A stretch of DNA of 61,667 nucleotides, counting the filler, from Alphaproteobacteria bacterium (GTDB lineage Bacteria; Pseudomonadota; Alphaproteobacteria; Caedimonadales; UBA9215): NCBI GenBank assembly GCA_024280495.1. It is 7 parts of 7 records of this genome, joined end to end, with 100 filler letters (N's around TTAATTAATTAA, not from the genome) between each part and the next. Parts side by side here need not be neighbours in the genome. Positions count along the whole stretch, not along the records: positions 50,834 to 61,667 come from JAJRPZ010000062.1; 6 more parts are not named here. One strand, given 5' to 3'. Below the pieces are notes generated by a model. That model saw only the letters and a list, made by a program, of their open reading frames with translations. It ran no database searches and was not told the origin of the DNA. How positions within the stretch are numbered: the first letter of the stretch is position 1; every line of letters begins with the position of its first letter. Shown one piece after another: positions 61,483 to 61,667 of the stretch. The position numbers were made by a program, and so were the translations under genes.

Positions 61483-61667
61483 TCTTGCTCTTGCAGACTA
61501 AATGAACGAAAGTTATGATGAGTTTCAAAAGAGTCTGAAAATAAAGCCTGAAAATGAAAGAGTACCAACAATGATTTCAATGCAAAAAACTTTTTTATTA
61601 TCTTTGATTTTTTTGTTCTGCATATCATCAGGCAACTTGACCCATGGTAAAAACACATATACTCAAA

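Noticed and set aside
61461..61667. Minus-strand ORF at the window end
   Set aside because: Short, overlaps lpxL, no recognisable motif; cannot be supported.

Overview
This window is not contiguous DNA. It is seven contigs joined by artificial 100-bp spacers (N44-TTAATTAATTAA-N44): 1-5616, 5717-17478, 17579-39041, 39142-42918, 43019-47730, 47831-50733 and 50834-61667. Most contigs look like an AT-rich alphaproteobacterium, possibly Holosporales-like and host-associated (inference). They carry gatCAB, a secreted 24-aa LRR protein, arnC plus a stand-alone ArnA decarboxylase, a Mla/Mce-type ABC system, terC, putA, uup, a czcD/ion-channel/copA operon, carD, glyQS, sdhCDAB, fumC, bioY, cheAWYBR with a CtrA box, a TonB-dependent receptor plus tonB, tRNA-Ser(GCT), a broken merA, an isolated cox3, a porin and msbA-DUF374-waaA-lpxK-lpxL. 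Contigs 43019-47730 and 47831-50733 may come from other organisms. The most unusual signals are four. (1) A dispersed, TA-bounded, 107-bp palindromic repeat (net 105 bp, 35 codons); one copy is read in frame at the N-terminus of the TonB-dependent receptor, like Rickettsia palindromic elements. (2) The 21.5-kb housekeeping contig is circularly permuted: its two ends are the two halves of one IS66 insertion in an IS5 transposase, with a matching 8-bp TSD and a restored reading frame. (3) A DDE transposase element with ~39-bp inverted repeats carries a compact, strongly structured 3' non-coding segment. (4) A second, 164-bp TA-bounded hairpin element is present. No database searches or folding programs were run, so all calls come from motif recognition by eye.
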